A stretch of DNA of 64,000 nucleotides from Trichoplax sp. H2 (taxonomy: Eukaryota): positions 124,001 to 188,000 of the forward strand of contig NOWV01000138.1 in NCBI GenBank assembly GCA_003344405.1, written 5' to 3'. The notes beneath the pieces were generated by a model that made no database searches, was not told the origin of the DNA, and saw nothing but the letters and a program-made list of their open reading frames with translations. The stretch's first letter is position 1. Each line of letters starts with the position of its first letter. A program made the position numbers and the translations under genes. This document shows, one piece after another, positions 39,101-52,700 of this stretch.

Positions 39101-42100
39101 TATAAATCCCTAAACGTTAAAAGAAATAATTAATTACTGTAAGATAAGATTAGACCGATTTATTTTGAAAGAATTTATGATGTAGCATAAGTCATGTAAT
39201 GTTCTTTACACTAGAACATTATAATTGGTAGTTTACCTGATTCTTACATGACATCGATTTAAGTTTTTTACGTAAAAATCGATGAACATAATGATCATCA
39301 TATCGATCTAAATAAAAAAGGATTAGTTTTGTAAATTAGATCTTCAATTTTTGGTTTCAAAGACCTAGTAAAGTTTAAACTGGAAGCCATATGATGTCCT
39401 TACTATTATTATTTTCTTTATTTTCTTTTAAAGCCTCTAACAATTCTTTATCCTGATTATACTGTTCGTGCTCTCTTTCCGATAATTCACTTTCAGATCT
39501 AGCTGCAGATTGTTCCTATGATTCATAAGCAAAAATCATCATTAGGATTGCAGTAAATACAGCAATAGTCGGATAGGAGAAGAATTTCTATATCAAATAT
39601 AAATATAATTAGATTTAAGCGGAGCTGTACAGTCAAGGCTAACGTCGAAAAATAACTAAAGGTATGATTACATATGTAAACTGATTAAGATCAGTGCAAA
39701 AATTAGAGCAAAATTTAACTTTATTCTTAATTTACCAGATTTTCGACCGCTTCAGATATAACTTCTCCAATCGTGATATGATGAATATGATAATATTCAG
39801 TTAGTTGCTGGGAAATTTTGGATTTTCCCACCGCTGGTGGTCCAAGAACACAAATCTTAATTGGTTTCTATAGATAAAATAGATTAAATTTATCCATGAT
39901 ATAAGATTGGAAGGAGATTGAGCCATGCAATTATCTACAAAACTTCCTAAAGTAAAGATTTCAATTTTTCAACACATTTATAAAGTACAATATTATGGTT
40001 GTAAAGACTGTATATTAAATAAATCGATTGATAAGCTAAACTTTATTTTATACTGTAAACTAAAAAAAATACTATCATGAAAGCTTTAAATATACAGAAA
40101 GAATAATTAATCTCAACTACGTCTTGCTTAGAGGTTACAAACATTACCCTACCGATAAATTTCTATATTCCTTAAATTCTTTAATCATTTTCTTCATATT
40201 GTCCACCATACCAGACTGTTTAAATACGAGATTTAGATGGTCGCTATAAGGCATAAATTTGCTAATTCATAACTTAAGTAATTTTAACTTACTAAGGCTA
40301 CCCATTCAATATTCATATGCTCCTTAATATATATGCCTTCAATCCGCAAATTGACTACAATTTTATCAAATTCATTTTGCTAATAAAATAAAAAAGATTT
40401 GTTTTAAGGACTAAAATAGAAACCTCTTAAAACATTATATTAGGCTCTAAAACAAGCTTTTCAGAAATTTGACTTAAATAGCAAAAAAACTGATTCAAGC
40501 AAACCTACAGGTAATGATTCGTTAAGCAAAGCATCTTCTTTAGATATGTAGTTAACTTTTCCGGTTCCAAGATAATAACTGATACTCTAATTTAAAACAG
40601 TAAAAATCAGTAATCTCAAATAGATTAACTACCTATCAACTTTAGCGTATGCTAATCTTCACAAGTCTAATTCGAAAGTAAATTAATCCACTTCTTGCGT
40701 TATTGTCAAATTGAAATCTTTTATATATTTTCCTAACCTTGACGATTTCTTTTAGGTTATTGTTAGAATTATCAACCGCGACCAAATATCTTATTTTAGG
40801 TTTTCGATCAATGACATTCAGAACAATGCTAATAAAAGAATTCATACCTTAGCATAATAGTGGGTTAAGATCTAACTGGCGAGAAACCTTTATAGCTTCT
40901 GTGATAGTTAGAATTAAATTACAAATCTCCGGCAATTTATAAAAATACCTTGTTAAATCTTTAACATGTATTGTAGGTATAACGTTTCTTCCATTTCCGT
41001 AGCAGTCGAGAGCTTGCTTGGATAACCATGCATCCTATATGTCCAAGATTGAGTTAGAATAAATTGTGATGAATCAGAATTGCTTCATAGCAGACTAGCT
41101 AAAATTAAAATATTACAGTTATAATTACTTTAAACAGATAATGAAAGATGTTTTCTTCATGTCCATAAACTAATCCACAAGCAAGAACATAGGTTATGAA
41201 GTTTTCCTTGTTCTGTTATTAAAAAAATTGTAATAAAATTATTTTCTGATGTTTCAATTTCTTGGATAAATTTAACAAGTGATAGACTAACCGATGAAGC
41301 CATGACACACTTTTCGATCCTATAAGAAAACGACGATAATTTCAGTTGAATATTATGGTTATACCAAAATGATCAATTTCTTAGTCGTATATTTGACGTT
41401 ATCCTTTTAAACTAAGCAAGCTATGTAATTTTATTATGATAATTACTGTAGTTGTCGATGAAAGTTTGGATGTGGTATGCGTCGCTTAAAATCTTCTTCT
41501 GATAACGTTAATTCACGATCATACTATAGAAAAGCAATACTTGTTAGCGTATTCTGAAAAAACTTATTGTAGATATAGCTTTATTACTCTTTCAAATATA
41601 AAATTTATACCGGATCTAGTGGCTTAGTTTTGACCCATGTCATAATAGTGGAGAGGCAAATAAATAGTTTTAACGTCTCAAAAGTAGGCGCTTCACTTTT
41701 TAAGACTGAAGGGTGAGAAAATAAATGACATTAGGGGTTACATCGTAGATTTTTGTCATTTAATCGAGTATGATAAACTCTTGTACGACAAACTGTCTAC
41801 AAATTTTACCATTTGCAACAAGTTTAATTTATGTATAAAATTGAGTTTACTTACTAGTCACTGCCCACAGTGTTTGATCTAGTGCGTCAAAATCTTCACC
41901 AATATCATAGATGATCACGTCACTTGCCTTCATCGCTGATAATATTTCATCTGGGTCATCAGACTGATTAACGGATAAAATGACATGTACTTAGAACCAA
42001 TGGTAAAATTCGGATTGATATACATATATAAATGTTATATTTACTTCGATAACTTTGCAGAGCCAGGATGGCTTAACAGATAAAGGATTTTTAAGTGTTC

Positions 42101-42656
42101 CAATGATTTCAAATGAGTCTGTTGTCACACTTGACACATTATCTGTTATCTCTTCTATTTGAGAGTTGACTTCATCAAGTTCTGTAGCTTCTTTTAAAGT
42201 TGCTTGAGGTATAGCATTTGCAATAATCTATTGTTACATACAAAATTTCTATCAGCTAAAGAGCACTATTTTATAGACAAACTTTAAGCTAATGTGACCA
42301 TCACTATTTAAATCGTGGAATTAAAAATATCGTCACTATTTCTAAGATAATACAACAGCTCTGCTAGATATTAAGAGTGCTTTTGGTGTTTAGCAAACTC
42401 AAGGATCATCAGTTTTATTTGGATATATTCAGATTTACATTTAGATACAAAATAAAGAATCACTAATGCAAAGGATTTACGTATTATTGCACATCATAAA
42501 TCAACTTTCTCTCTCTCTATCAACTGTCGATGTAGTTGTAGTTACCTCTGCAATATTATGGCCAATATAAGTGTCACAGTTATTAATGAATACACGAATT
42601 AATAACTTGCTTCTAATGTCTTCAATCGATGGCGATTTTTCTTCAATATTTTGCAT
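36108..42656 (-). CDS. AK7: Adenylate kinase 7, about 24 short exons
   Basis: Exons with GT-AG boundaries translate to [17 protein letters not shown] (42546-42656), FEIIGTLK (42045-42227), [67 protein letters not shown], the P-loop [13 protein letters not shown] (~39737-39867), [16 protein letters not shown], the Dpy-30 motif [34 protein letters not shown] (~36651-36808) and the last exon [14 protein letters not shown] (36108-36152). Internal boundaries are approximate. Confidence 0.92.
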
Positions 42657-43124
42657 CTTGATGAATTTGCTATTAGTAACAGTACGAATAAGCATTTATT
42701 GCAGATTATATCTAATTAATGATATATATGTGAATATCTGCAATTGAATACTTACAACGATAAATTTACAACTGTTTTCAGATTACTAAATGTACTAGCT
42801 ATTTTTGTTATGAAGCGATATACTGTACTGGTACAAAATTACTGATAATCCATACATTTACTACAACTATTGGGAGTAATTTACCTTTAATTATAATGTA
42901 AGATCCAATTGCAAAATGCTTATTAGTATCTCGATGAACTTTATTAATCCACTTATCCTGACTTTCAGTTTACTGTAACAGCCAGTGTTTGTAATATACG
43001 TATATTGTATTAACAGCAGTTATTGTATTTCTCGTAGTTGATGAGATAGAGCATCATTTACTGTACATCATCGCCTCTAGTCTATCGCCTGTAAAGGATA
43101 TCGCTGAGGAAAGTTAGAGTTTAC

Positions 43125-43138
43125 GTTGCCATAGAGAT
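43125..43138 (-). promoter_or_regulatory. RFX X-box upstream of AK7
   Basis: Minus strand ATCTCTATGGCAAC fits the X-box consensus RTHNYYWTRRNRAC at all 14 positions and lies about 470 bp upstream of the ATG of a ciliary gene. Confidence 0.7.
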
Positions 43139-43398
43139 CATTGTCAGGCATGCGTACAAACCTCCAAACAATAGAGTGAAGAAAAAACTTTTACAGTGCT
43201 TTATATTGTAAATCTACCGTCGGAATTGCCTATCGATCTCTAGCTTGACTTTGTGATATAATAAACACTAAGGAATATTGCTGTATCGAACACTACCTTC
43301 CGTACAATTTAGAGCCTACGGTACAGTCTCCAAAATCCACACGCCCGAACAGTACTCTACTTTTCAAATACAAAAATTAACATCAGACATGGGAGTAG

Positions 43399-43480
43399 GC
43401 TGCGATGGCCGAGTGGTTAAGGCGTTGGACTTGAAATCCAATGGGATCTTCCCGCGTAGGTTCGAACCCTACTCGCAGCG
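43399..43480 (+). tRNA. tRNA-Ser, anticodon UGA
   Basis: Acceptor stem GCTGCGA/TCGCAGC, D-arm GCCGAGTGGTTAAGGC, anticodon arm TTGGA-CTTGAAA-TCCAA, long variable arm, T-loop TTCGAAC, discriminator G, no encoded CCA. Confidence 0.97.
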
Positions 43481-43491
43481 AGGTGGAATAA

Positions 43492-43499
43492 TTTTTTTT
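43492..43499 (+). terminator. Pol III oligo-T terminator of the tRNA
   Basis: T8 run starting 12 nt after the tRNA 3' end. Confidence 0.8.
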
Positions 43500-43649
43500 C
43501 CTATATTTAGTTCTTAATTTCAAATCGTTAGTCCCATTAGCAGGAAGTTGTAGAATAGCAAGATACAATTTAGCTATGACTGCTCGTACTAGTTGTTGTA
43601 TAGTTGTCCAAAACGATATGTTGTTGTCTTATTGATTAACGTACTGAAT

Positions 43650-43962
43650 CAGGGGTTGGAAAGAGGAAAGAAGTGGGCGATGCCATACGTCAAAGTGTGG
43701 ACATAATCGACTCTAGGATAACAGATTATTTACATATCATGCAAGTTTATAATTAATATTTCTGTTTAATAGAATAAAACGAGTGGATCGATAGCTTGGA
43801 GCCAGGGGTAGGAAAGGGGAAGGAAGTGGGCAATGCCATACGTCGAAGTGTGGACAATAATCAGCTCTAGGACAACAGATTATTTACCGTAAATACGGTG
43901 CAAGTTTAAAATTAGTATTTCCGTTTAACGGAATAAAACGAGTGGATCGACAGCTTGGAGCT
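43650..43962. repeat. Direct duplication, about 155 bp x2
   Basis: gaagtgggc(g/a)atgccatacgtc...gaataaaacgagtggatcga(t/c)agcttggagc occurs twice. Confidence 0.88.
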
Positions 43963-44179
43963 AGCTAAGGACCGGCTAGTTTATCATTTTTGAGACCTAT
44001 ATGATTAGAATTAATGAAATATAATTATAGTTGTTGTTGTTGAGTGTCGTGGATATAGCCTCGTTCTTCTCTTTTTGGGTACAAGTCGGGGAAATTCGAT
44101 TATGGCTGAGAGGTTGGGAGGACGGGGGAGTACTTTTGACGATTAAAGACTGGAAACTGTCACAAATTTATTTACAGCG

Positions 44180-44476
44180 GTAACTAGAAAATTAAGTCGA
44201 TTAAATCGGAGAGAGATTGAAACGTTTAGTCCGCGAACATTTTATAACTTAGGTAATACAGAGAAGAGAATTACAGTTTTTAAATAAAGATTAAAGTAGA
44301 ATAAAGGAATGAATACAGAAATACATGCGTTAACCAGGGAATTAAGTTGGTTAGACTGGAGAGAGATTGAAGGGTTAAGTCTGCGAGTGGTTCATAGCTT
44401 AAATGATGCAGAGTAGAAAATTAAAGTTTTTAAATAGATACTAAAGTAAAATAAGGGAGTGAATATAGAAATGCAT
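44180..44476. repeat. Diverged direct duplication, about 150 bp x2
   Basis: aattaagt...ggagagagattgaa...gtttttaaata...gaata(c/t)agaaat(a/g)cat occurs twice. Confidence 0.8.
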
Positions 44477-47400
44477 TTTTACGACAAGAAGTTTGACGCT
44501 GATATCCTTTGAATATTAATTCAACGCAGTCCTATAGGACATGGATTGATTTTAAGAATATACTTGCACAATGGCATTTACAGACATGTAGAACGGTATA
44601 GTATCATTTGGTGAAGTATTTTGTACGCATATACCTAAAATTTTAGTAATACTTGCACAGATCATTACCCATGTCTTAATTCTACTATCGGAAAACATAT
44701 TCATTCCTAATCATGCTACTATCGACAGTAAAATATGGTCAATGATCTGTCATAAAATGAATGTTAACTATCGCATCACAATATCACATCTTACTCTTGT
44801 CAATTTTAGGTCATCATGGAGAACGATCGCACTATTAAAAATGTTGTGTGATTAATCTTCACGTCTGTACGCGATTGACTAAATGACTAAATTAATCAAT
44901 CAGCTGTGAGGACTGTGCTTTCAGTATGAGCCTGCATGGCTAGCATTTCTGTAACTTGGCTCCTATGACGTCGCATGCAGCTGTCCCTTACTTTCATATT
45001 TTGAGCTGGAAAGTTTACTTATGGCTAATGATAGTATTATTAAAGCTCTTAACTTAAAGCTATTAATTTTAAATGGATCAAGAAACAATGATAGCACCAA
45101 TATTAGCGAGATTTCTAAAAGCAAAGGGCACTACAAACTATAGAATATTTAAATTTTCTAATTTAAAGTATGACAGTTTTAAAATCTTCGACGATGTTAA
45201 ATTATAATATAATTTAAGGTATTAATTATATCTAGTAGATCTCTAGTATGATGATGTTTAGGTCTGTGAGTAGCACATGAGCTAATAAACAAAATTTATT
45301 TGCACTATCAAGGTAATAGTTATCCCATAAATATCAAGATACTGGAAAAACAGAATACTACGATTACGCAGGATAGAATAATCCAGCGATTGTGTTAGAA
45401 ACTACGGTATCGGGTGGTTATCCCCTGCTCAAATAAAATAATAGTATAATCTAATTTGTAATGTTTACGATAACTCCAAATTTTAAAAGGGATCTTGAAC
45501 GTATGTATATGTTAGCTTGACTGGTAAACAGGAATTGCAAGTTAATATTGCGTTTATATTCTAACAAATTGATATACGGTGATACAGTATTAGTATTCAG
45601 AGTATGATGCTATCCTGTTTACCTTCGAGAGGCATCGAGACAGTCAAATTTATCGAATAGTTCCCTACATACTAGCTATGGTAAAGTAATTAAATATTGC
45701 TACAGCCCTGTTATCGATATCCAGCCATTAATTTACAATTACTTATAAGCTATATTAACATATTATTATGAGGGCAGAATTATTATCCCTTAACCAAAGG
45801 TCATCATTTCAAACTTGTTTAAAGGCATTGAATTTGCAAATATTAAACGTAGAAAGAAATATTCAATTCTATCGGTACGTGCCGAACATATAATAGAGTG
45901 AGTATTCACACGTTAATATTAAGACAACATATTTAAATTGTCTCTTCTGGATAAAATTATGAATTTGTTATTGATTATATTTACTCAATGCACGCCGTTA
46001 TCATATGGGACGCATTGCTTGAGGAAGCATTTTCTGCTGGGGTCAATATAAAGTTCAGTTTAATGCGCTGTTGATCATAATTTTTGTATCATATGTTTCT
46101 TAGCCAATCATATCATATACTGTGATCTGAAGTACATGCTAATTAAAATTATTCCTACACAGTTTTAATCATTTTCTGCTTCTCTTGATCTCGTTGACAA
46201 GTCAATCAGGATTGTCCATAGGTAGGTGAAATCCTTGGTAGTCGATTAGTTTTTCAAAGTGTTGCGTGCTAAATTCTCACCATGCACATTAAACTTGATT
46301 CTCACCTTATAATGATAGATTAGATTAAATTTCATTTTAACAATGTTGCAAAGATCAGGTTTGGTCCTAAATTGATCCTCAAATATATTAAATATCCCAT
46401 AAATTATATTTACCTTTGACCACTACAGTTGTGGCACTCTCAATAGTCGATGATTTTTGCCTTTAAGAGAAAATATTTTAATTCTATGCCAAGAGACTCT
46501 TTCATCGTACTTTAGTTTTTCCTTAGCAATTCATGTTATTTGCCACGCTTATGACTATTTTTCTAAGAGATTGTACAATTTACCTGTCTTATTATTTGCT
46601 GCACTCATAACTTTCTCTAAAAAACTTTATATTTTTCCTGTTACACTTATAATTATTTCCTCTCAAGATTCTGCATTTTATAATGTGTTCAAAGAAATGA
46701 AAATTCACATCTGCTATAATCAGTAACTACAGTATACTGTTAAAATTTATCCAAAATCTGTTGCAAATAATAACCAAAAAATTAAAAGATGACAATCATT
46801 TCTTAAATTAGACGCGTATCTGTATGCACTCCGATGCACCTATGGATACTCATGATATATCTTGTCTGCGAACCTTCATGCGGTGCCTTTGTTAAATGCT
46901 AGTATAATACTTTGATCTTATAATTACATCAACACAAACACAGTACTTATAATAGCAGTTGCTAGCACTTAAATATATTTAAGTCGACTAATAGCTATTC
47001 TTATACCTAACAGTACCGCTAATAAAGTGTTATAAGCTTAGACGGATCTTATGTTCTCATTTTCCATATGTGAGTGAATTGCAACCAGTTAATTTTTTTT
47101 AGCTGTATTTCTCATCAGTTTAAAACTAATTACTATCATCACGTCAGAAATTAATTAGTAATAATCTTACGATACGAAAACTTTCATGCATCAGCGTGTC
47201 TTCCTTTTAAATTTTACGGTCAGCTAATTCCTATGACGTGTATTTACGTATTTGCCACAAATGCAAGACCAATAACTGTTATCCATTTTAAGGAAAGATC
47301 AGTAAATGTTATGCAATTTAAATATTTCTATACTTATCTGCATCTCGGTTTTCTTGCATATTTCCCAATTAGCAAAGTCTTAAAAATTGTCTATTGATAT

Positions 47401-47851
47401 TTACTACTAATGCAAAGCTGGTTAATGTCGTCGAGCTAGGAAACGATTTAAAAGTACCTTGAGTGCAGCGCCTACACTTTCCCATATGTTTCTCAACCAA
47501 TCCAACTTTATAATGCATATCTGAAATTGTCACTCGTAGCACAGCACTCTAACGTATACCCGGGATAGCTCCATCTTCAGAGATTGAATGATTCTTTAGC
47601 AATAATTAGATTGCTATTTATAAATGCCTTCTCTTTTATCCACATACTTAAGAACCAGCAACATTTACGTAATACATAACTGACTATGCCATTCATTAAT
47701 GCAGCGTTAGTTGCTTAGCAGTATATTAAGTACATAGGTATAACAGCATCCAAAAGCCATGTAGCCACATACCGGTACGCGTTATAATAATTAACCTCGA
47801 ATTTGCAATTTCTCTTTTATGATTCTTTGGTTGATACTATTCAAGATCAAA

Positions 47852-49729
47852 ATGGCTGACGTGGCCGCAGTAAAGATTGAGGACGGAACATTGGATACGG
47901 AAGAAGCTGCGTACCGCAACAGAAGAAGACGATGCTATGTTTTCGTCTTCCTCTTAATTTGTATCATTGGAGCTGCAATCCTGTTATTGGTTGCTTTCAC
48001 GACTGGACCTAGCAATAGCTTGAAGACTAATTTACGTGGAAGGGAATTTACCTACCACCCAACATGTGATCAAAACTTACAATGGTGGCAAACCAGCATT
48101 ATCTATCAAATTTACCCTCGATCATTCCAAGACAGTAATAACGATGGTGTTGGCGATTTGAAAGGGATTGAACAACGTTTAAGCCATTTCAAAGACATTC
48201 ATGTTGATGCAGTGTGGTTAAGTCCTATGTTTAAATCACCGATGAAAGATTTCGGTTATGATGTGTCCGATTATACGGATGTCGATCCTATTTTTGGTAA
48301 CATGGCTGATTTCGATAGTTTATTAGCTGCTATGCAAAAGCAAGGAATTAAATTAATTCTTGATTTCGTACCCAATCATTCATCTGACCAACATGAATGG
48401 TTTATTGAAAGTAGATCGAGTTTAAATAATCCTAAACGTCAATGGTACATGTGGGCAGAACCGAAAGGTATGGATGCCGATAATAACCCTATTCCACCCA
48501 ATAATTGGATATCCGTTTTCAGTGGCTCTATGTGGGAATTCGATAACAAGACAAATCAATTTTATTTACATCAATTTTTAGTTGAACAGCCCGATTTAAA
48601 TTATACTAATCCTGAAGTTGTTGAAGCATCAAAGAATGTATTAAGATTTTGGCTAAATAAAGGTGTTGATGGCTTCCGTATTGATGCCATTAAGCATGTT
48701 TATGAAAATCCTAAATTACCTGATGAAGTCCCAGATCCGAATTACCGTCCTGGTGTTGATGCACCTTACAGCTCGTTGATCCATAATGAAACCACTGATT
48801 TCCCACCATTACACTGGTTAAATCGCCAATGGCGTTCTGTATTTGATGAGTACTCTAAAACCAAGCCAAGATTTGCTGTTGGCGAAGCTTATGATCCCAT
48901 TGATATCATCATGTTATATTATGGTACCCAACAACAGCCAGAATTTCATTTCCCATTCAACTTTTTCTTACTCACATTGCCTAAATGGACAGGTAATACA
49001 TTAAATCAAACAGTCCATGACTGGATGTCTAAAATGCCAGCATGCGGTTGGCCTAACTGGGTGGTAGGTAATCACGATAACCATCGTATCTCCAATCGTC
49101 GTGGTCCTAAATTAGTTAAAGCTGTCAATGCTGTCAATTTGCTCTTGCCTGGTACACCAACTACCTACTACGGTGAAGAAATTAATATGCGGAATGTCAA
49201 GATTTCATTAGCTGATACTCAAGATCCTTTTGGCCTACAAAATCCCGACATTTATGAGTCCGTTTCGCGTGATCCTGAGCGAACACCAATGCAATGGGAT
49301 GATAGTCCAAATGCTGGTTTCTCCGCTTCTGGTATTAAAACATGGCTACCTATTGCTGACGACTACAAAAGTGTCAATGTTAAGGTTGAGAAAGCAAATC
49401 CAAATTCTCATCTCAATTTTTATCGTAGCCTAGCAACATTGCGCCAAAGTAGTCCAGCATGGCGTTATCCGAACTACCGAGCTGTCTATGCCGATGATAG
49501 TTTATTCGCATTCTTAAGATTTCACTCAACTGATTCTCATGCTTTCCTTGTCACGGTTAACTTAGGCTCTGCTACAATTACTCGCGATCTCTCCATGGTT
49601 TCTGATGTCGGCACAGTTCGATTAGCGAGTAATCCAGCCCTTACTGGCGAGGTTAATTTACATCAAGTTACCTTGACATCTGGTGAAGTAGTAGTCTATC
49701 AGATTAATCAGTCTAGTGGTGGTCATTAA
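47852..49729 (+). CDS. Type II membrane GH13 alpha-glucosidase/maltase, SLC3A1 (rBAT)-like, single coding exon
   Basis: Basic cluster RNRRRR followed by a TM helix, then WWQTSIIYQIYPRSFQDSNNDGVGDLKGI, DFGYDVSDY, DFVPNH, QPDLN, GVDGFRIDAIKH, VGEAY, GNHD, YYGEEI and RDPERTPMQW. Start placed at MADVAAV (aaaATGg); the ORF track extends it to 47819. Confidence 0.92.
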   Translation: MADVAAVKIEDGTLDTEEAAYRNRRRRCYVFVFLLICIIGAAILLLVAFTTGPSNSLKTNLRGREFTYHPTCDQNLQWWQTSIIYQIYPRSFQDSNNDGVGDLKGIEQRLSHFKDIHVDAVWLSPMFKSPMKDFGYDVSDYTDVDPIFGNMADFDSLLAAMQKQGIKLILDFVPNHSSDQHEWFIESRSSLNNPKRQWYMWAEPKGMDADNNPIPPNNWISVFSGSMWEFDNKTNQFYLHQFLVEQPDLNYTNPEVVEASKNVLRFWLNKGVDGFRIDAIKHVYENPKLPDEVPDPNYRPGVDAPYSSLIHNETTDFPPLHWLNRQWRSVFDEYSKTKPRFAVGEAYDPIDIIMLYYGTQQQPEFHFPFNFFLLTLPKWTGNTLNQTVHDWMSKMPACGWPNWVVGNHDNHRISNRRGPKLVKAVNAVNLLLPGTPTTYYGEEINMRNVKISLADTQDPFGLQNPDIYESVSRDPERTPMQWDDSPNAGFSASGIKTWLPIADDYKSVNVKVEKANPNSHLNFYRSLATLRQSSPAWRYPNYRAVYADDSLFAFLRFHSTDSHAFLVTVNLGSATITRDLSMVSDVGTVRLASNPALTGEVNLHQVTLTSGEVVVYQINQSSGGH

Positions 49730-52700
49730 TTGAATCTTTTGATCCAGCGATGATTTCATCCATCCGTTCTTATTCCTTGCTAAGACTCCATCATTGATGT
49801 GATAGAGTCAGTTTTTCGCTACCTAATATAGATACCTTACCGCAATCATGTTAACTAATTTATTTAATCTATTGGTATGCAATTTTACTTTATTGATTAG
49901 AATTCTACGTACTTATTCAAGTTAGTGTAAGAGTGTGTATGCCTAAATAATGGCTATCGTAGTCATGTGTAGGGGATGATATTGCTGTGTGACTTTTTAT
50001 GTTAAGTCTTGTACTTGTTGCGTCATGTAGATTCTTTCTCTTTTACGTAATTATTTTCTAGTAATAGAATCTATAGCATTCTTCTACCTAGATCCACGAC
50101 TCTTCTCTCAATACATTTAGCAGGCTGGCCTACCTAAACTAGTGAAATTTTGACTAAATATTGAATGGATGATATCTGATAATAAAATTGTTGATATTTG
50201 CCTTTAAATACTTCTAGATGTATACTGAATCATTATGCGTTCAGTGAATTACCTGCTTGCAGCTGGAATGGTGTTTACAATTGTTCAACATCTGTTAAGA
50301 CAAAATCTTTTAAGAATGACACATTTTATATACAGTACACTATATTGATATGTTAACCAACTCTGAGCCTGCAATCTAAGCAAGGTAATTTAAATTAGAG
50401 GGATATTCAATGGTAATGATATTTGCAATTTAAAAATGTCAGTTGAGATAGAATGGTTCTAAAATAAGGTATTTTCCATTTACTGCTCAGTTACATTGAT
50501 CGACTTTGAAGTATGCAGCCCGTATTAATTTAGATTATAAAAATTAATCAGAGAAAATAATATTTTCAATTTCCCTAAAATTAGGGTAGAGTGATTCTAC
50601 CATAAAGCATTCTGCACGTACCATATTGAAGTAATGGTTGATTTGAGCAAGCAATAAGTTGTTCAGCAAATTCGATTAAAAATAAACTTTAAAAGCAATA
50701 CTATTTATGATTAGATTACATCAATGAGAGTAAAATGATTCTACAAATGATTCTGCGTTATTTGCATTTACTGTATCGATAGATTGATTAACTTTGGGTA
50801 TGGAATCAATAGTGTTTTAGATTGGAAGGATGATATTCAAAGGTAGTGATTTTTTTGCGATTAGGAAATATCAGTTAAGGCAAAATTATTCTCGATTAAC
50901 GTACTTTGCACCCGCCGTTTTGATACTATACATATATTGATCCTTATTAAAAATATATACATGCAGGATCTACAGCAATTTGCAACAAAATAGCATTCAT
51001 TAATAGTTGCAATTGAAACAAAGTCAAACTGGGCAGAATTATTCTTATACAACATATTTTACATGTACTCTACTGATACATTGATTGACTTTGAGACTCC
51101 ATCTACAAAAACTTAGAGCAGGAAAAGTATTCAGAGCTTGTAAGTCAGTAGATCATCAATTATTTTGCAATATGTACGTGGTAGAATACGTTAACTGAAG
51201 ACTCAGTAATATGCCGACATAGTTAAAATGCACAATCCGGCAATTTACTGTAAATGTTTAGCTTGCTACCAATGTATGCGCAAATTTGTATACGAGATGG
51301 AAATTTTTGAATAGCAGTCTCGTGCATTATTAAATTATCATTAAGAAATTGGACTATGGGATAAGATTTGATATAAAAATGAATGAATTATTGTATCTAG
51401 TAATTTCATGGAATACCTACGGGTATATTGATTATAAATTGGATCCATACATATTTTCTAGATAACTTTATCCCAATAAAAAGTATCATAGCTTTTAATA
51501 GATGAAAACTATGAACTAACACAGCTACTTACTCTTTAACAATTACAGCTGGTGACATTGATCATTGCTATTATGTTGAGCATAATGATAATAAAAGTTC
51601 TTATAACGAGAAAAATTGCATTCGATATTGTACACTATAAAAGAAGACAATACTATGGGGAATCGGTATACGTTATTGAAGTACTTTCTTTATTACTTTG
51701 TTTCATCATAAAATAGTTGCTTTATGATATGGAACATTGGGTAGTAGTTTATATTTAAGAAAGAAATTTAATATTTTACTTTGGCGTATTAATATTTAAT
51801 AATACTATAAATGAATTTTTAATTTTCGGAGAAAATTGTTCTATTTATTATTGCTGATGTACAGCAAGTCAACTTTTATTAGTTTCTATGTTATGTACAT
51901 TTTATTAATTGTTGCTATCGTTGACTAATTTTTTCCCCACATGTAACCCATCTAACGGATATGATCACTGATTGCAATTTTATTATAAACAAAAATCATA
52001 GTGATGATATTTATTGCATAGATAGAAGCATTGCTTGTAGGATTAGACGCAGTTAGTTTCATTTTCAAGTTTTGGATTGAAAACTTTAAGAATAGAGTTT
52101 TGTTTCAGTAAAAGCAAGCCCATCCTTTCGTTAGGAAGAAAATGAGTTTGGCTGACATAATAATTTCTATTCCTTTCCTTTGAGCGAAGAGGCAATGTTT
52201 GATAAACAATCTTTGTCATAGTAACGAAACACAATCTACTTTAATGAATATCATAAAATTTATATCAAATTAAAAGACCTCAATATTATTGAAATGATTA
52301 ATTTATAATTGTAGAAATATCGATACTCAAAAAATTTATACGTAGTATAAAATATTAAAATAGTTAATCTACTTTATTTAAGCATCGCATAATATGAATG
52401 TACTACATGGAAGGTTGTCTTTATTTGACGATCACTGTTATTAACCGAAAGTATTAATAAACGGTTCATGTATAAACTCTTACTAGGTTTGATATTACGT
52501 CTGGTTGCTTCTCAAGCTGTGTTTTTGCTTAATGAAAAATAGGCATAAAAGAACAATTCGTTAAGATAGTTAATAATTAATTAATGTATGCCTAGTTAAG
52601 TAAGTGATCTATGTTATAGAAAATACTTTGTTGATATTAGATGGAAGGGTCATATGGAAACAATGTAGCAAGTGAAAGGTATTAGCTGTCTTAGCATAAT

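Noticed and set aside
43278-43568. Two short ORFs overlapping the tRNA
   Set aside because: The sequence is fully explained by tRNA-Ser.
46415-46660. Possible degenerate TPR on the minus strand (SAANNKTGKLYNLLEK)
   Set aside because: Too short and too interrupted by stops to support.
50608-51190. Imperfect inverted repeats suggesting a MITE
   Set aside because: The match is short and gapped, and no target-site duplication is evident.
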